A stretch of 64,000 nucleotides of DNA, from the sequence record NC_047995.1, one strand, 5' to 3'. Below, piece by piece: positions 1 to 10,073 of the stretch. Position 1 is the stretch's first letter. Every line of letters begins with the position of its first letter. The notes beneath the pieces were generated by a model. It saw only the letters and a list, made by a program, of their open reading frames with translations, did no database searches and was not told the DNA's origin. The position numbers and the translations under genes were made by a program.

Positions 1-74
1 AGATATTTATCCTCGAGGAGGTATGGAAGTGCTGCGGATGCTGGCAACAGGAACGAAGTCATGTATACCGGCAT
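1..74 (-). CDS. 5' part of a CDS running off the window (MPVYMTSFLLPASAALPYLLEDKY...), probably virion-associated
   Basis: ATG at 74 with an AAGGAG RBS (81-86) overlapping the stop of the upstream Ig-repeat gene; frame open to the window edge; not in the ORF track. Confidence 0.7.
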   Translation of the reverse strand, partial: MPVYMTSFLLPASAALPYLLEDKY

Positions 75-84
75 CTCTTTCTCC

Positions 85-3000
85 TTACGCGATACCTGAA
101 CTTGGGTTCGATGAACCGTAGGTCAGTTTAAACGTATACGCCAGGTTATCGAACGGGAAGTCGTTACGGTAGATAACGTAATCGACACCATTGATAGTCA
201 CTTCGGCAGGACCAGCAAAGTTGAAGTCATCGAACTCCAACGCACCATCCCATGAACCAGCGAAGCCTTGTGCGGATTCGACGAAGTAACCATAGCCGAG
301 AGACTTAGGCCACGCGACGTAGAAGTACACGCCGTTCGAACTCGTACTGGTATTCGCAGGACAGTTCAGGAGTTGCTCACCTGTCTGAGTTAGCGCAGTT
401 TGCAGACCTGCAACGAATGCAGCGTCATAGCCAGACACAGCGCGAATCTTAGTGTGCGAACCGAAGCGAGCACCCAGAGTAGCAACCTGTTCTGGTTTCA
501 GCGTAACATCTTTCGTTGCAGTGACAGTCTTACCGTTCAGAACAAACGACACGGTGATTGTCACAACGGCGTCAGCAGTAACCTTGTTAGACTTCAAGGA
601 GCCGCCTACAACACTCAGGCCGGTCACAGTACCAGACTTCACAGCTACCGACCACGTTGTACCGCTGTTCGCAGTCACGTCAGGTGTAGTACCATCAGAC
701 AGAGTTGCCGTTGCAGTGTATGCAGTGGTCACGCCGCCGATGATTGAAGCAGGTCCAGTGATGGTCACAGAGTCAGGCGTTGGTGGAGCTGGCGTGTTCG
801 TTACAGTCAACGTTGCCGATTGAGACACGCTGTTGTACGAAGCAGTACCAGTGATGACCGCAGTCTGCACAGTGCTCACAGTGTTACCTGTGATGGTGTT
901 GTTATTGTTGAACGTGAAGCCTGTAGAAGAACCAGAGCTACGCGTAACAACAGGCGTCAGGTCTACCGTGCCGCCACCAGAGAACGTCAGGCGAAGAATG
1001 TACGTACCAGTCTCACCTTTGTTCACAGCAGTAGGACCAATCAGTTCGCGCTTGGTGATTGTTTCCGCGCTATTGATGATCTGCACAACCTTCTCAGGTG
1101 CGTAGGTCTTACCGTCAATAACAACGTTAGCAGCACGAAGCGTTGCTGTCTGGTTCTGCGTGATGGAGTTCGGCTGCGAGGTCAGCTTGGTGCGCGAAGC
1201 CAGAGTACCAGGAGTCAGCGTAACGTAGGCCGCGCCTTGAGGCAGTGACCACGTAGGAGCATTGCCGTATTCGGCAACAGCACCAGACATACGCGTGTAG
1301 CTAACCCAGTAGTCACCAGTCACAGTACCTTCAGGCATTGAATCAGGCCCTAAGATCTCAACCGTGCTCACTTCATCAGTAGGACCAGTCACAGTGAACT
1401 GTACGCTACCAGTCTTGTTCACGCTGCCTACAGTAGCAACAACGTTAAGCTGGAAGGTCAGCAAACCGAAGAAGCCATTGAGTGTTTTCTTGGTGCGAAT
1501 GCGCCAGCCAGTAGTTCCACCAGCAACAATCTCAAAGTATTCCTGAGCGTTGGCGGAAAGCGTATAGCTGAGTTCACCACTTGTACCCTCACGAGTAGAA
1601 GAATCGGAGAACGTCAAGGTGCTATGCAGGTCGCGGGTTACCGCAGCCGCTGTACCAAAGTCAAACACAGGTGCTGGCGCCAGAGGCTGTACGCTCAACA
1701 ATGAGATGACGATGATGTTCTTGACCAGCACAGACTTCTGCGCGTTGCGTCCATCGTAGGCTGCACGAATCAGAACAGTTGTGTCCTGAGTTACTTCCCC
1801 AGCAGACAGTACACCAGTTTGAGCAATGCTCGCAATCGCGCTGCCCTGAATAACAGACCACGTAGGGTTCGTTACCTGTCGCTCTGAACCATTAGAGAGA
1901 ATCTCCCACGCAGTATAGGTCTGCACGGTGTTTTCATTCATCTGGTCAGCACCACGAACTTCCAGTGAAGTCACAACCGGCGGGTTACCGACGATGGTTA
2001 CGTTCAGGGTGGCGTTCTTAGTGATGCCGTTTTCAGTGTACGACGCATAGATCGTTACGCTGGTGTTTGCAATCGGCACTGCGCCAGCAATCAGGTTGGA
2101 GTTGTTGAACTCCGCATAGATTGAAGCCTGTTGCAGACGGAACTCGTTAGGACTGATAGTTGCCGTGTGTCCATCAGAGTATGTAGCCAGCACCGTGTAA
2201 GGGGTAGTGGTCTTCTCTTGAACAGACGACGGGCCGACGATCTTAATGCTCGCCAGATCAACTACAGGCACAACGTTAACGATAACTATATCGAGAGTTG
2301 CGGTCTTAGTGATGCCGTTCTCCGTGTACGTTGCAGACAGCTTCACAGGAATGTCAGAAGACACCTTACCTGCGTTAACAGTCTTGTTCACGATAGTAAC
2401 AACATCCAGACGGTCGGCGGTGAACGTCAGCGGGTCAATCAGCTTGGTGCTATTGTCCGAGTAGGTTGCGAGGAACGTATAGTTCGCGCTTTCTTCGCTG
2501 CGGATTGTGTTCGCACCCTGAATGGCCAGAGAGGTCAGCACAACTGCTTCGGTCTCTTTCAGAATCGTGACGTTCTTCTTACCAGTCACTGTCTGATCGG
2601 CAGTGATGTAAGTTGCAGTCAGAACGATATCACGGTTCGAGGTCGTTTCCTTACGCGCTGTAACTACGTTACCACTGATAGTGGTGTACGTTGTAGGAGC
2701 AGCAACGAAGGAGGTCGGCGTGATCATTTCTGTTTCGCCGTTCGACCAAGTAATACGGAACGTGTAGCTCGCGCTCTGCTGCGAGACAATGGTAGAAGCA
2801 CCAATGACTTCGAGCTGAGTGATTAACTGAGCCTTGACCGTTACGTTCTTGTTCGCCGTGAAGGTAACGCCGTTGTACACATACGTTGCAGTCAGCTTGA
2901 CGATAGTATCGACAGAGACTTTCTTCGCAGTGCCTTGCAGACCAACGAGGCCCAGTGCGTCCACCTTATCAGCCACGAAGTTCGTAGGCATAATAGTGGC

Positions 3001-4095
3001 GACGTTACCAGACTTGTAGCGAGCAGTCACGGTGTACGTTTCTTTCTGCTTGAAGAACAGGGTGTCCGTACCAACGATAGCGATAGATACCAGCTCGTCG
3101 TCGATGATGAACGTGTTCTTAATAAGCAGGTTGTAGGTGGCCGTGACCCAGTTACCGTACACAGGGTCACGCTTACGCGCAGTCACTTTCAACACAACGT
3201 CAGCAGCGAGGTCAGGTGCAGTAACGTTACCGTCCTGATCAATCGTCACACCGATTACGTTTTCTTCGATGGACCACTCAACACCAGCAGGGTTATGCTC
3301 GATGCTGTTAGACCACTCGGCGTCGATGTTCAGCTTGACCGTGCTGTTATCCGACATGTAGCTCGCGTTGCCCGGCAGGCTGATACGCAAGTTCACCAAG
3401 TGAGGAGATTCCCACTCGACGTTATCAGCAGAGGCTTTCACCCACTTGCCGATAAACTTGTTCGGGTTGACAGGGTCCTGATCAACGATGGCCAGCACGT
3501 AACCCTCTTGCGGTTCGTTAGAGCTTGCGACTTCAACGAATGCAGTGGCGTTCAAACGAATCATGGTACGCGCATAGTCTGCGTGATCGTGGTTCGTCGG
3601 ATAACGTGCGTTGCTCATACGTGTATCAGAGCTGGACACAGCAACGGTTTCATCGGCAGAGGCAGGTTCGTCTTTAGTGACTACGCTACCCAGACGGCTG
3701 GTGGTCGCGTGTGCGATTTCCAGATCACCCACTTCGATACCCAGGTCAGCGGCGTTCTCTACCACACGACGGAAGAACTGCTTCTGGCTGAACAACTGAC
3801 CGTAGTCTGTCACAGTAACCCAAGAGCCACGGTGATTACCATCAGACACGCTACTGGTGCGGCGCAGCACGTACATATACTGCGGGCTGCCTGAGTTGGC
3901 ATCAATCCAAATCAGGTTATACGGCTTTTCAGAAAAGGACGGCTCAGTCAGAGACACGACAACCTGATGCACTTCCGTTTGATCGTTCGCGTTAGGGCGG
4001 AACAGGAAAGTGATTGGGTTACGTGGAGTCAGACCTCGTGTACGAGCCAGACCGATATACTGTTTAGCAAAGCCGTCGATCGTGGTTACGCTCAT
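85..4095 (-). CDS. Large Ig-like-repeat virion fibre/whisker protein (1336 aa)
   Basis: At least 8 repeats of about 90-100 aa starting S[IL]x[IV]xG[PA]xx[IV] and followed by Y/FTxxATYSDG-like strands (bacterial Ig-like). Thr/Val-rich. N- and C-terminal domains are shared with neighbouring genes. Lies next to the tail sheath. Confidence 0.8.
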   Translation of the reverse strand: MSVTTIDGFAKQYIGLARTRGLTPRNPITFLFRPNANDQTEVHQVVVSLTEPSFSEKPYNLIWIDANSGSPQYMYVLRRTSSVSDGNHRGSWVTVTDYGQLFSQKQFFRRVVENAADLGIEVGDLEIAHATTSRLGSVVTKDEPASADETVAVSSSDTRMSNARYPTNHDHADYARTMIRLNATAFVEVASSNEPQEGYVLAIVDQDPVNPNKFIGKWVKASADNVEWESPHLVNLRISLPGNASYMSDNSTVKLNIDAEWSNSIEHNPAGVEWSIEENVIGVTIDQDGNVTAPDLAADVVLKVTARKRDPVYGNWVTATYNLLIKNTFIIDDELVSIAIVGTDTLFFKQKETYTVTARYKSGNVATIMPTNFVADKVDALGLVGLQGTAKKVSVDTIVKLTATYVYNGVTFTANKNVTVKAQLITQLEVIGASTIVSQQSASYTFRITWSNGETEMITPTSFVAAPTTYTTISGNVVTARKETTSNRDIVLTATYITADQTVTGKKNVTILKETEAVVLTSLAIQGANTIRSEESANYTFLATYSDNSTKLIDPLTFTADRLDVVTIVNKTVNAGKVSSDIPVKLSATYTENGITKTATLDIVIVNVVPVVDLASIKIVGPSSVQEKTTTPYTVLATYSDGHTATISPNEFRLQQASIYAEFNNSNLIAGAVPIANTSVTIYASYTENGITKNATLNVTIVGNPPVVTSLEVRGADQMNENTVQTYTAWEILSNGSERQVTNPTWSVIQGSAIASIAQTGVLSAGEVTQDTTVLIRAAYDGRNAQKSVLVKNIIVISLLSVQPLAPAPVFDFGTAAAVTRDLHSTLTFSDSSTREGTSGELSYTLSANAQEYFEIVAGGTTGWRIRTKKTLNGFFGLLTFQLNVVATVGSVNKTGSVQFTVTGPTDEVSTVEILGPDSMPEGTVTGDYWVSYTRMSGAVAEYGNAPTWSLPQGAAYVTLTPGTLASRTKLTSQPNSITQNQTATLRAANVVIDGKTYAPEKVVQIINSAETITKRELIGPTAVNKGETGTYILRLTFSGGGTVDLTPVVTRSSGSSTGFTFNNNNTITGNTVSTVQTAVITGTASYNSVSQSATLTVTNTPAPPTPDSVTITGPASIIGGVTTAYTATATLSDGTTPDVTANSGTTWSVAVKSGTVTGLSVVGGSLKSNKVTADAVVTITVSFVLNGKTVTATKDVTLKPEQVATLGARFGSHTKIRAVSGYDAAFVAGLQTALTQTGEQLLNCPANTSTSSNGVYFYVAWPKSLGYGYFVESAQGFAGSWDGALEFDDFNFAGPAEVTINGVDYVIYRNDFPFDNLAYTFKLTYGSSNPSSGIA

Positions 4096-4724
4096 TCATT
4101 ATTCTCCAGAATGTCGGTCGCAATCAGATGGCCGTATGATGCTTTCACGTTAGTGTCAGCAATGAACGTAGAACCGTTGTCACCTACATCGGCGTCCATG
4201 TTCACTTTATCCTGCACGGTCTTCACTTCTACCAGCGGCTTCTCTGGGTGCATTTCATCATGCGGCAGAGGAGTACGCTTGTCAGTGTTACGTGGATCAT
4301 TGATAGACACGAACGTAGGGCGACCAACAGAAGCAGGTTCAGCGGTCAGGCGAGCAATACCGTATTCGTCAACGGACGCATTAGGGATTGTGTCACCACC
4401 ACTGATATCAGACGGGTCGTAATACTGAGGTGCCCAGAATGAGTTGAAGTTAACAACTTCTTCCCAGGTGTTCTGGAAGCCACCAGCAGGCGTCTTAGAC
4501 TTACGCGCAAGGAACTTACGATAGAAAACACTATCGCGTACCATGCACAGCCAGACGACGTTCATCGGCAACACAACACCAACAGGTTCTGCTGACGCGA
4601 CGATGTGCGTACAACTGATGTTGAGGGTAGGGTTAATCTGACGAACGATTTGGTCTTTCGACGTGTCGTCCATAAAACCCGTGACGCTCAACAGAGCAGC
4701 GGCGATATCATTCAGTGTGGTCAT
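4092..4724 (-). CDS. Putative virion structural protein, paralogue of the fibre N-terminal domain
   Basis: Shares LPMNVVWL, W..V..F and DPRNTDKRTPLPH..HPEKP motifs with 4734..5372 and the N-terminus of 85..4095; 4-nt overlap with the next gene. Confidence 0.7.
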   Translation of the reverse strand: MTTLNDIAAALLSVTGFMDDTSKDQIVRQINPTLNISCTHIVASAEPVGVVLPMNVVWLCMVRDSVFYRKFLARKSKTPAGGFQNTWEEVVNFNSFWAPQYYDPSDISGGDTIPNASVDEYGIARLTAEPASVGRPTFVSINDPRNTDKRTPLPHDEMHPEKPLVEVKTVQDKVNMDADVGDNGSTFIADTNVKASYGHLIATDILENNE

Positions 4725-4733
4725 AACCGCTCC

Positions 4734-5372
4734 TTAGTCAGTCGGTTGGCCGAGTTCTGATTCACGCACCTTACGCCACTGAATAGTGTTGTCTTCAATG
4801 ACCATTACCTGATTCACTTGAGGAACCAGCTGGTCTTTGATTGGTACGTGTTCTTCGCCGTAGCTACCATTAATACTGATCATGGTGGCAGGCTTCTCAG
4901 GGTGCGTGTGGTCGAGCGGGTCACGATTGTTAGAGAGCGTTGGATCTCCGTCAATCAGCACACGCGATTCAGCTTCTGGATGAGACAGATAGCCAACACC
5001 ACGAGTTACGCTGGTGGCCAGAGGCGGCAGCGCACGGTTAATGATTTGCAGATCGTTCGGGTCATACGTCTGTTCGGTCATTGCGTCGTCGTAGAAATAC
5101 AGCGCAGTCCAAACATCTTTGTACGGGTCCGAGTTGTCTTTCGAGGTACGCTTGAAAGCGGTACCGAACGTCGGCGACTCAGGGTTGTAGTCAATCCAAA
5201 TCGCATTGATTGGAAGGACCACGTAACGCGGAACTGCATACGAGCAGTAGAACAACAGACCTAACTGAGAGCCTTCCAGTGGAAGACGAATCATGATCGG
5301 GTTCTTGTTCTGCTGGTGGATATTCGTAAGCAACTCAACGTTACTGATGAACTGTTCAAGTTTCAGTTCCAT
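4734..5372 (-). CDS. Putative virion structural protein, paralogue of the fibre N-terminal domain
   Basis: LPINAIWIDYNPESP and DPTLSNNRDPLDHTHPEKP motifs match the neighbours; GGAG RBS. Confidence 0.7.
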   Translation of the reverse strand: MELKLEQFISNVELLTNIHQQNKNPIMIRLPLEGSQLGLLFYCSYAVPRYVVLPINAIWIDYNPESPTFGTAFKRTSKDNSDPYKDVWTALYFYDDAMTEQTYDPNDLQIINRALPPLATSVTRGVGYLSHPEAESRVLIDGDPTLSNNRDPLDHTHPEKPATMISINGSYGEEHVPIKDQLVPQVNQVMVIEDNTIQWRKVRESELGQPTD

Positions 5373-5406
5373 TGTGTTCTCCGTTTACCAGAAGCGGTAG
5401 TTAAAA

Positions 5407-6102
5407 TTATACAGGGTCACCTGACTTCGTACTGGTGGAACCGTATTTAATGCGGAACACGTAGTCAAGACTATCGAACGGGAAGTCGTTACGATAGACG
5501 ACATAATCAAAGCCACCGAGCGATACTTCTGCCGCACCCACGAAGTTGAAGTCGTTAAACTCCATAGCTCCGTCCCACGAACCAGAGAAGCCTTGTGCTT
5601 TCTCTTGGAAATATCCGTAGAGCAAGCGCTTAGGCCAAGCCACGTAGAAGAAGCGGTTGTTATCGGATGTGGACTGATTGGCAGGGCAGACGACTTCTTG
5701 AGGACTCGACTCGCCTAATACGGTAGGCAGCGAACGGAAGAAGGTGTCATTGTAGTCAAGCAGCGACAACACCTTTTCGTGAACACCAAAGCGTGGGCCG
5801 TACTCACCACTGAATGGCACAGACACTCGTACCGCATTTGACGTGGAGTTCAGGACCGTGCTGACGTTATATGCTTTAGCAACGATATCATGCTCGCCTG
5901 TGTCGAAAGGCAGAGTGAAGTCGAAAGCGGCAGTTGTACCAGACGTAGGCATATCAAGTTTCTTGAGCACCGTACCCGCAGCGTTCTCAATCTGGAGTGT
6001 ACCGCGCAGAGGCGGATTGTCCATCGTGACCAAGAAGCGTAGCTCCTTGTTACGCAGCGAGAAGCAGTATTCCAAGTTACCTTGAATGGTCAAAGTAAAC
6101 AT
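5407..6102 (-). CDS. Putative virion protein: one Ig-like domain plus the same C-terminal domain as the 1336-aa fibre
   Basis: C-terminal FYVAWPK..YGYF.E.AQGF.GSWDGA.EF.DFNF.G.AEV...G.DYV.YRNDFPFD.L.Y.F...YGS is near-identical to the fibre C-terminus. Confidence 0.75.
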   Translation of the reverse strand: MFTLTIQGNLEYCFSLRNKELRFLVTMDNPPLRGTLQIENAAGTVLKKLDMPTSGTTAAFDFTLPFDTGEHDIVAKAYNVSTVLNSTSNAVRVSVPFSGEYGPRFGVHEKVLSLLDYNDTFFRSLPTVLGESSPQEVVCPANQSTSDNNRFFYVAWPKRLLYGYFQEKAQGFSGSWDGAMEFNDFNFVGAAEVSLGGFDYVVYRNDFPFDSLDYVFRIKYGSTSTKSGDPV

Positions 6103-6117
6103 AGAACCTCACAATAC

Positions 6118-6144
6118 GAAAAAAGGAGGACCGAAGCCCTCCTT
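6118..6144 (-). terminator. Rho-independent terminator, C(UUCG)G loop
   Basis: Minus strand AGGAGGGC-TTCG-GTCCTCCT followed by a T-run, directly after the tail sheath stop. Confidence 0.85.
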
Positions 6145-6148
6145 ATTG

Positions 6149-7825
6149 TTACAGACTCAGACTTGTGGAGGTACTGCCTGACGGGTTGATGTTGAAACGA
6201 TAGATCAGACGCTTAGTGGTACGCGTCGGGTCTAACACGATATCCAGAATCAGGTCGCCGTTAGCGATAGTCTGGTTCGTGTTGTTGACTTCGTTACAAA
6301 CAACCTGATAGCCCTGCGAGCCAGAAGCACCGCCACGAAGACCACGAGCAAGTTTAATCTCCTCGAGGAACTTCTCAACGATACCCTGCAGGTAGCCGCG
6401 AAGGATAGCATCGTTCGGATCGAACAAGCCAACCTTACAGGTGCGGTGACATACTTCAAGCACGTAACCGACCATACGCTGAATCTGAATCTGCTGGAAG
6501 GCAGAGTTCATGTTATACTGCGTACTGGCTTCCCACACCGCGTAACCACCACCAGCAATGTCTGGCAGCTTACGGATGTAGTTGACCTGCTCACGGGTCA
6601 TAGCATCACGGTCGTCCTGGTCATACTTCTGCGCGATAGCCAAGAAGTCGAGAGGGCTGGATGCAGTGATACCCGCTGGCGCAAACCACGTACCACGGTT
6701 GTTGTCAGTGTACGCGAACACAGCACAGATCTGACCGACACAGGCTGTCCACAGATAGCGGCCAGTATCTTCATCGAAGATTTTAATGTCAGGCGTGTAG
6801 AGTGCCATGTTCGTATCGTTCACGTTCAACGTCTGACGACGATAGCGAATCGCTTTAGACACAGACTGCTCGGCCGATGGGATGCCGCAGATAACGAAGC
6901 AGTTGATGTGCGCAGCAGCAGCCGCTTTCATGCCACGGTGGATGATGTAATCCTGTGTAGGACTAATCAGCAACGTCACACGAACTTCTTCAGGGTCACC
7001 GAAGTAATCCTGATACGCTTGCGCCAGCTGGTCAGAGCTAACCGTGTCACCATCTGAACCACCCTGGAAGAAGATGAAGTCAGTGGTGAAGAAGTCGATA
7101 TCAGTAGTGAAGTACGGGTTACGGATGAAGCGGAAGTTGGAGCTTTCGTTTTCCATCGCGTAATCAATACGGTACTGACGTTCAAATTCATCGGCGTAAT
7201 CAAACAGACTGCACTGGTAGCTGTTTACCGGAGCACTGCCGTTCTGATAGTTTTCGTACTCGTCGATGTAGAACAGTTTCGTGTTGTACGACTTACGGTC
7301 ATCGAACGGGTCGAGGCCACGAGGCGTAGCAGGACGAATCTGCAAGGCCATTGCGTTGTTCCAGTCGCCTGGGTTTTCCAGAATGACATAGCCGAGAATG
7401 TTTTCATTCAGCGGGTCATCAGGCAGGAAGCCCAGTTGATCTGGAGAGTCCACACCAACAATGTCACCATCGTCGTTAGTGTATGGACTAATACGCAGCA
7501 CAGGTTGAACAGCCGATGCGTCATCCACAGTCACGACACCGACCGCGTATTTCGCGTTCTTAGTGATACGGACGTATTTGAGTTGGTTAGTCTGTTTTGA
7601 CACAGGCAGCGCTAAATACAAGCCGAGGCCATACTTGGGATCTTTTGCACCGAAGATGTTTTTCAAATCATCTTTATTACGCACATCAACACGCTGATTG
7701 ACAGGACCTCGACGGGCCTGACCAACGATGCCTACGACGGACGTAGATAAAGACGTTGCACCAACGGAGAGATCCCGTACGCCAGTGTAGACACCAGCAG
7801 AGGAATGCGTTGAGTTAACGGGCAT
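6149..7825 (-). CDS. Contractile tail sheath protein
   Basis: N-terminal AGVYTGVRDLS..STSVVGIVGQARRGPVNQ and C-terminal WFAPAG, R.VGYV..V, LFDPND, NTNQTIANGDLILDIVLDPT are sheath motifs. Start moved to ATG 7825 (AGGAG RBS). Confidence 0.92.
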   Translation of the reverse strand: MPVNSTHSSAGVYTGVRDLSVGATSLSTSVVGIVGQARRGPVNQRVDVRNKDDLKNIFGAKDPKYGLGLYLALPVSKQTNQLKYVRITKNAKYAVGVVTVDDASAVQPVLRISPYTNDDGDIVGVDSPDQLGFLPDDPLNENILGYVILENPGDWNNAMALQIRPATPRGLDPFDDRKSYNTKLFYIDEYENYQNGSAPVNSYQCSLFDYADEFERQYRIDYAMENESSNFRFIRNPYFTTDIDFFTTDFIFFQGGSDGDTVSSDQLAQAYQDYFGDPEEVRVTLLISPTQDYIIHRGMKAAAAAHINCFVICGIPSAEQSVSKAIRYRRQTLNVNDTNMALYTPDIKIFDEDTGRYLWTACVGQICAVFAYTDNNRGTWFAPAGITASSPLDFLAIAQKYDQDDRDAMTREQVNYIRKLPDIAGGGYAVWEASTQYNMNSAFQQIQIQRMVGYVLEVCHRTCKVGLFDPNDAILRGYLQGIVEKFLEEIKLARGLRGGASGSQGYQVVCNEVNNTNQTIANGDLILDIVLDPTRTTKRLIYRFNINPSGSTSTSLSL

Positions 7826-7851
7826 GTTTCGTCTCCTTATATGACTGTCTG

Positions 7852-7858
7852 AAATTAT
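7852..7858 (-). promoter_or_regulatory. Class B promoter-like motif ATAATTT upstream of the tail sheath
   Basis: 27 nt upstream of the ATG, downstream of a terminator. Confidence 0.5.
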
Positions 7859-7879
7859 CGTATAAGCAGCTAGAAACGC

Positions 7880-7906
7880 AAAAGGGGCAGCCGAAGCCAC
7901 CCCTTT
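7880..7906 (-). terminator. Rho-independent terminator, UUCG loop
   Basis: Minus strand AAAGGGGTGGC-TTCG-GCTGCCCCTTTT after the DHH gene. Confidence 0.85.
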
Positions 7907-7909
7907 GTT

Positions 7910-9010
7910 TTAGCAATCACAACCTACTGAGTCGAAGTCCAGTTTCAGGCCAGGATAGAGTTGGTTGAACTCCTCCAGGGGCATATTGAAACCGGCAGCA
8001 CTCGGATGACCATCACCACCACGCGAACGTGCGATGAAACGAGCGCTACCGATATGACCTTCAGGATAACCTTTAGAGCGGCAGCTAACGTAAACCTTGG
8101 TAGGGTCACGATGGCCTTTGCGCACCAGCATCACTGTCTGGAAATGGTCATAGTTCTCGTAGACATACGTGCCTGTCTCGGACGCAATGCCTTTATCACA
8201 AGGCACGACTGCGTGTTTAACGCCAATCAAATGATTGGGTTCCGAGAAGAAGCTGTTGGTATCAATCAGGCCACGAATCGTTTCGTTTCGCGCTTCAATG
8301 TTAATGAAGCCCTGAGCAATGATTGCTTCGATATCACCTGCCAGAATGATCTTGTATGCAGCGCGAACGGTAGGAGGCATTTCAGTGTAGACCAGACCAC
8401 ACTTCTCTACTTCCTTGAACACGTCCTTGACGTAACCTTCATAGAAAGCGAAGGCACGTTTGTTATCACGAATCCACAAGTCACGGTCAGATACCAGTTG
8501 CGCACTGCGAATGATGTTATCAGTGCAGGCGTATTGGTGTTGTTGGAACTCTGACACATGAGCCATGTATGCAAGCAACGTACCACTGCCACCAGCTTTG
8601 AATGTTAAGCCTAACGGAGATACGTCAAGCGCAGCACACTCTTTAGCGTACAGCTCTTGGTCACGGCAGTCATGGTGGTCGAGCACCTTGAAGTTACCGC
8701 CGTAGCGTTTAGTCAGGACAGCCATCTGGCGCTCGGTCAGAGAGAAGTCAACAACGACAACGCGCGTATACTCGGAGGGTTCACCGATTAACTTACCATC
8801 GGCGTCTTTCGTCAGGTCGCTGAGTTTGATACCTTCGAGACCCTTCATGTCTTCGAACTTAGTACCGTCGGCAGTAACGATATCTCCCTGGTCATTCGCG
8901 TAAACAGCAGGGAAGAAGTGGAGAGTATCGTTAGGGTATGCAAGTGCTGTAATGGCAGCAGCGAAACTACCATCAGCACATCCTTGATGATAGACAACAA
9001 GTGTAGTCAT
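7910..9010 (-). CDS. DHH-family phosphoesterase (NrnB/DHHA1-like)
   Basis: YHQGCADG, VVVDFS, LDHH, SDRDLW and C-terminal GGDGHPSAAGF motifs. Confidence 0.88.
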   Translation of the reverse strand: MTTLVVYHQGCADGSFAAAITALAYPNDTLHFFPAVYANDQGDIVTADGTKFEDMKGLEGIKLSDLTKDADGKLIGEPSEYTRVVVVDFSLTERQMAVLTKRYGGNFKVLDHHDCRDQELYAKECAALDVSPLGLTFKAGGSGTLLAYMAHVSEFQQHQYACTDNIIRSAQLVSDRDLWIRDNKRAFAFYEGYVKDVFKEVEKCGLVYTEMPPTVRAAYKIILAGDIEAIIAQGFINIEARNETIRGLIDTNSFFSEPNHLIGVKHAVVPCDKGIASETGTYVYENYDHFQTVMLVRKGHRDPTKVYVSCRSKGYPEGHIGSARFIARSRGGDGHPSAAGFNMPLEEFNQLYPGLKLDFDSVGCDC

Positions 9011-9012
9011 GA

Positions 9013-9873
9013 CTAAACCCAGTGGTTATTGTGATTCGTTCCAGATTGGACACCACGCATATGCTCAAGCATTTGACGCAGGCCCGCCAACGTCTGCTCC
9101 AGTGATAAGCGGTACTGATCAGAAGCCACACTCTCCCCATGGTGCAGCGAAAGAATATAGAGCGACCATTCTTCCGATTGGCGCAGGCGCTCCATTTTCT
9201 TGTAGAGAATCTGACGACGCTCACGAGCACGTAACAGACGCTGCATTAAATTAAGTGGTTCATGAGATTTTCTCAGCAATTCAATATGAATCGCATCCAG
9301 TCGCTCATAATCCAAACGATCCAATGCGTCTTTGGCGTATAGGAAAAGTTTGGAACGACGCAGTGCTTCGTCCACAGGCAGGTTGCGGCACTTATCAGGG
9401 TGAGTGATACGTGCGATAGCCTTATAGATAGCTTTGCATTTCTTGCGCAAGTGCGTCTTAGACCACTGCTCATGCTCGGCCATTTGGTCTGCGTCTGCTT
9501 CGTTGTCCTGAGTTTCGTGCTCAGTATCTTCAACGAACGCTTCGTCCATGACCTTCTTCAAATCTTCTGCGTTGGCTTGATCTTCCAGGTCATCAGAGTC
9601 AGCCATCTCCATCATCAACGCCTGAACCTGATTGTTCAGAATTTCAATCTCGGCGATGATAGGACGATGCTCTTTGTTCAGGCCGTCCACCAGCTTTGTA
9701 ACACGCTCACAGTCAGCGCCATAACGTAGTTCAAGTGCGGCTACTTCTTCGAGGATTTCTTCAAGCGTTTCGCCTGTGTCTTCCTCAAACTGTTCCACCA
9801 CGTCCACCATTTCAGTAGAGTCGGTGTACGGTACAGGGAGTTGAGGGATAACCATCAACTGAGTATTTGTCAT
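9013..9873 (-). CDS. J-domain (DnaJ-like) protein with an acidic coiled-coil N-terminus
   Basis: LRKKCKAIYKAIARITHPDKC: J-domain helix II plus the HPD motif. Confidence 0.7.
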   Translation of the reverse strand: MTNTQLMVIPQLPVPYTDSTEMVDVVEQFEEDTGETLEEILEEVAALELRYGADCERVTKLVDGLNKEHRPIIAEIEILNNQVQALMMEMADSDDLEDQANAEDLKKVMDEAFVEDTEHETQDNEADADQMAEHEQWSKTHLRKKCKAIYKAIARITHPDKCRNLPVDEALRRSKLFLYAKDALDRLDYERLDAIHIELLRKSHEPLNLMQRLLRARERRQILYKKMERLRQSEEWSLYILSLHHGESVASDQYRLSLEQTLAGLRQMLEHMRGVQSGTNHNNHWV

Positions 9874-10064
9874 GGGCGAATAAGCTCCGAGATTGGTTTA
9901 GCTACCAGTTCTGCAATGCGCGGCGGACACTGAGGGTTGCGCTTCAAGTTCTTATGCAACCACTGCAAGTTGTTGCCTGACGTTGACACCTCAACACGGA
10001 AGCTGGGCAGTTTGAGATCGTCACGGTGTTTGTTCAGCAGCGCATTCAGTTCGTTCAGTAACAT
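9870..10064 (-). CDS. Hypothetical protein (64 aa)
   Basis: AAGGA RBS, ATGA overlap with the downstream gene. Confidence 0.7.
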   Translation of the reverse strand: MLLNELNALLNKHRDDLKLPSFRVEVSTSGNNLQWLHKNLKRNPQCPPRIAELVAKPISELIRP

Positions 10065-10073
10065 TATTTTTCC

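Noticed and set aside
85-5800. Diversity-generating retroelement (TR/VR pair) from the near-duplicate 3' ends of 85..4095 and 5407..6102
   Set aside because: The differences affect all bases and mostly third codon positions, not only adenines. Both copies are coding, and there is no reverse transcriptase in the window. This is ordinary paralogy.
9248-9254. Class B-like motif (TTAATTT) inside the J-domain gene
   Set aside because: It is intragenic, about 240 nt from the next start and off-consensus; probably chance
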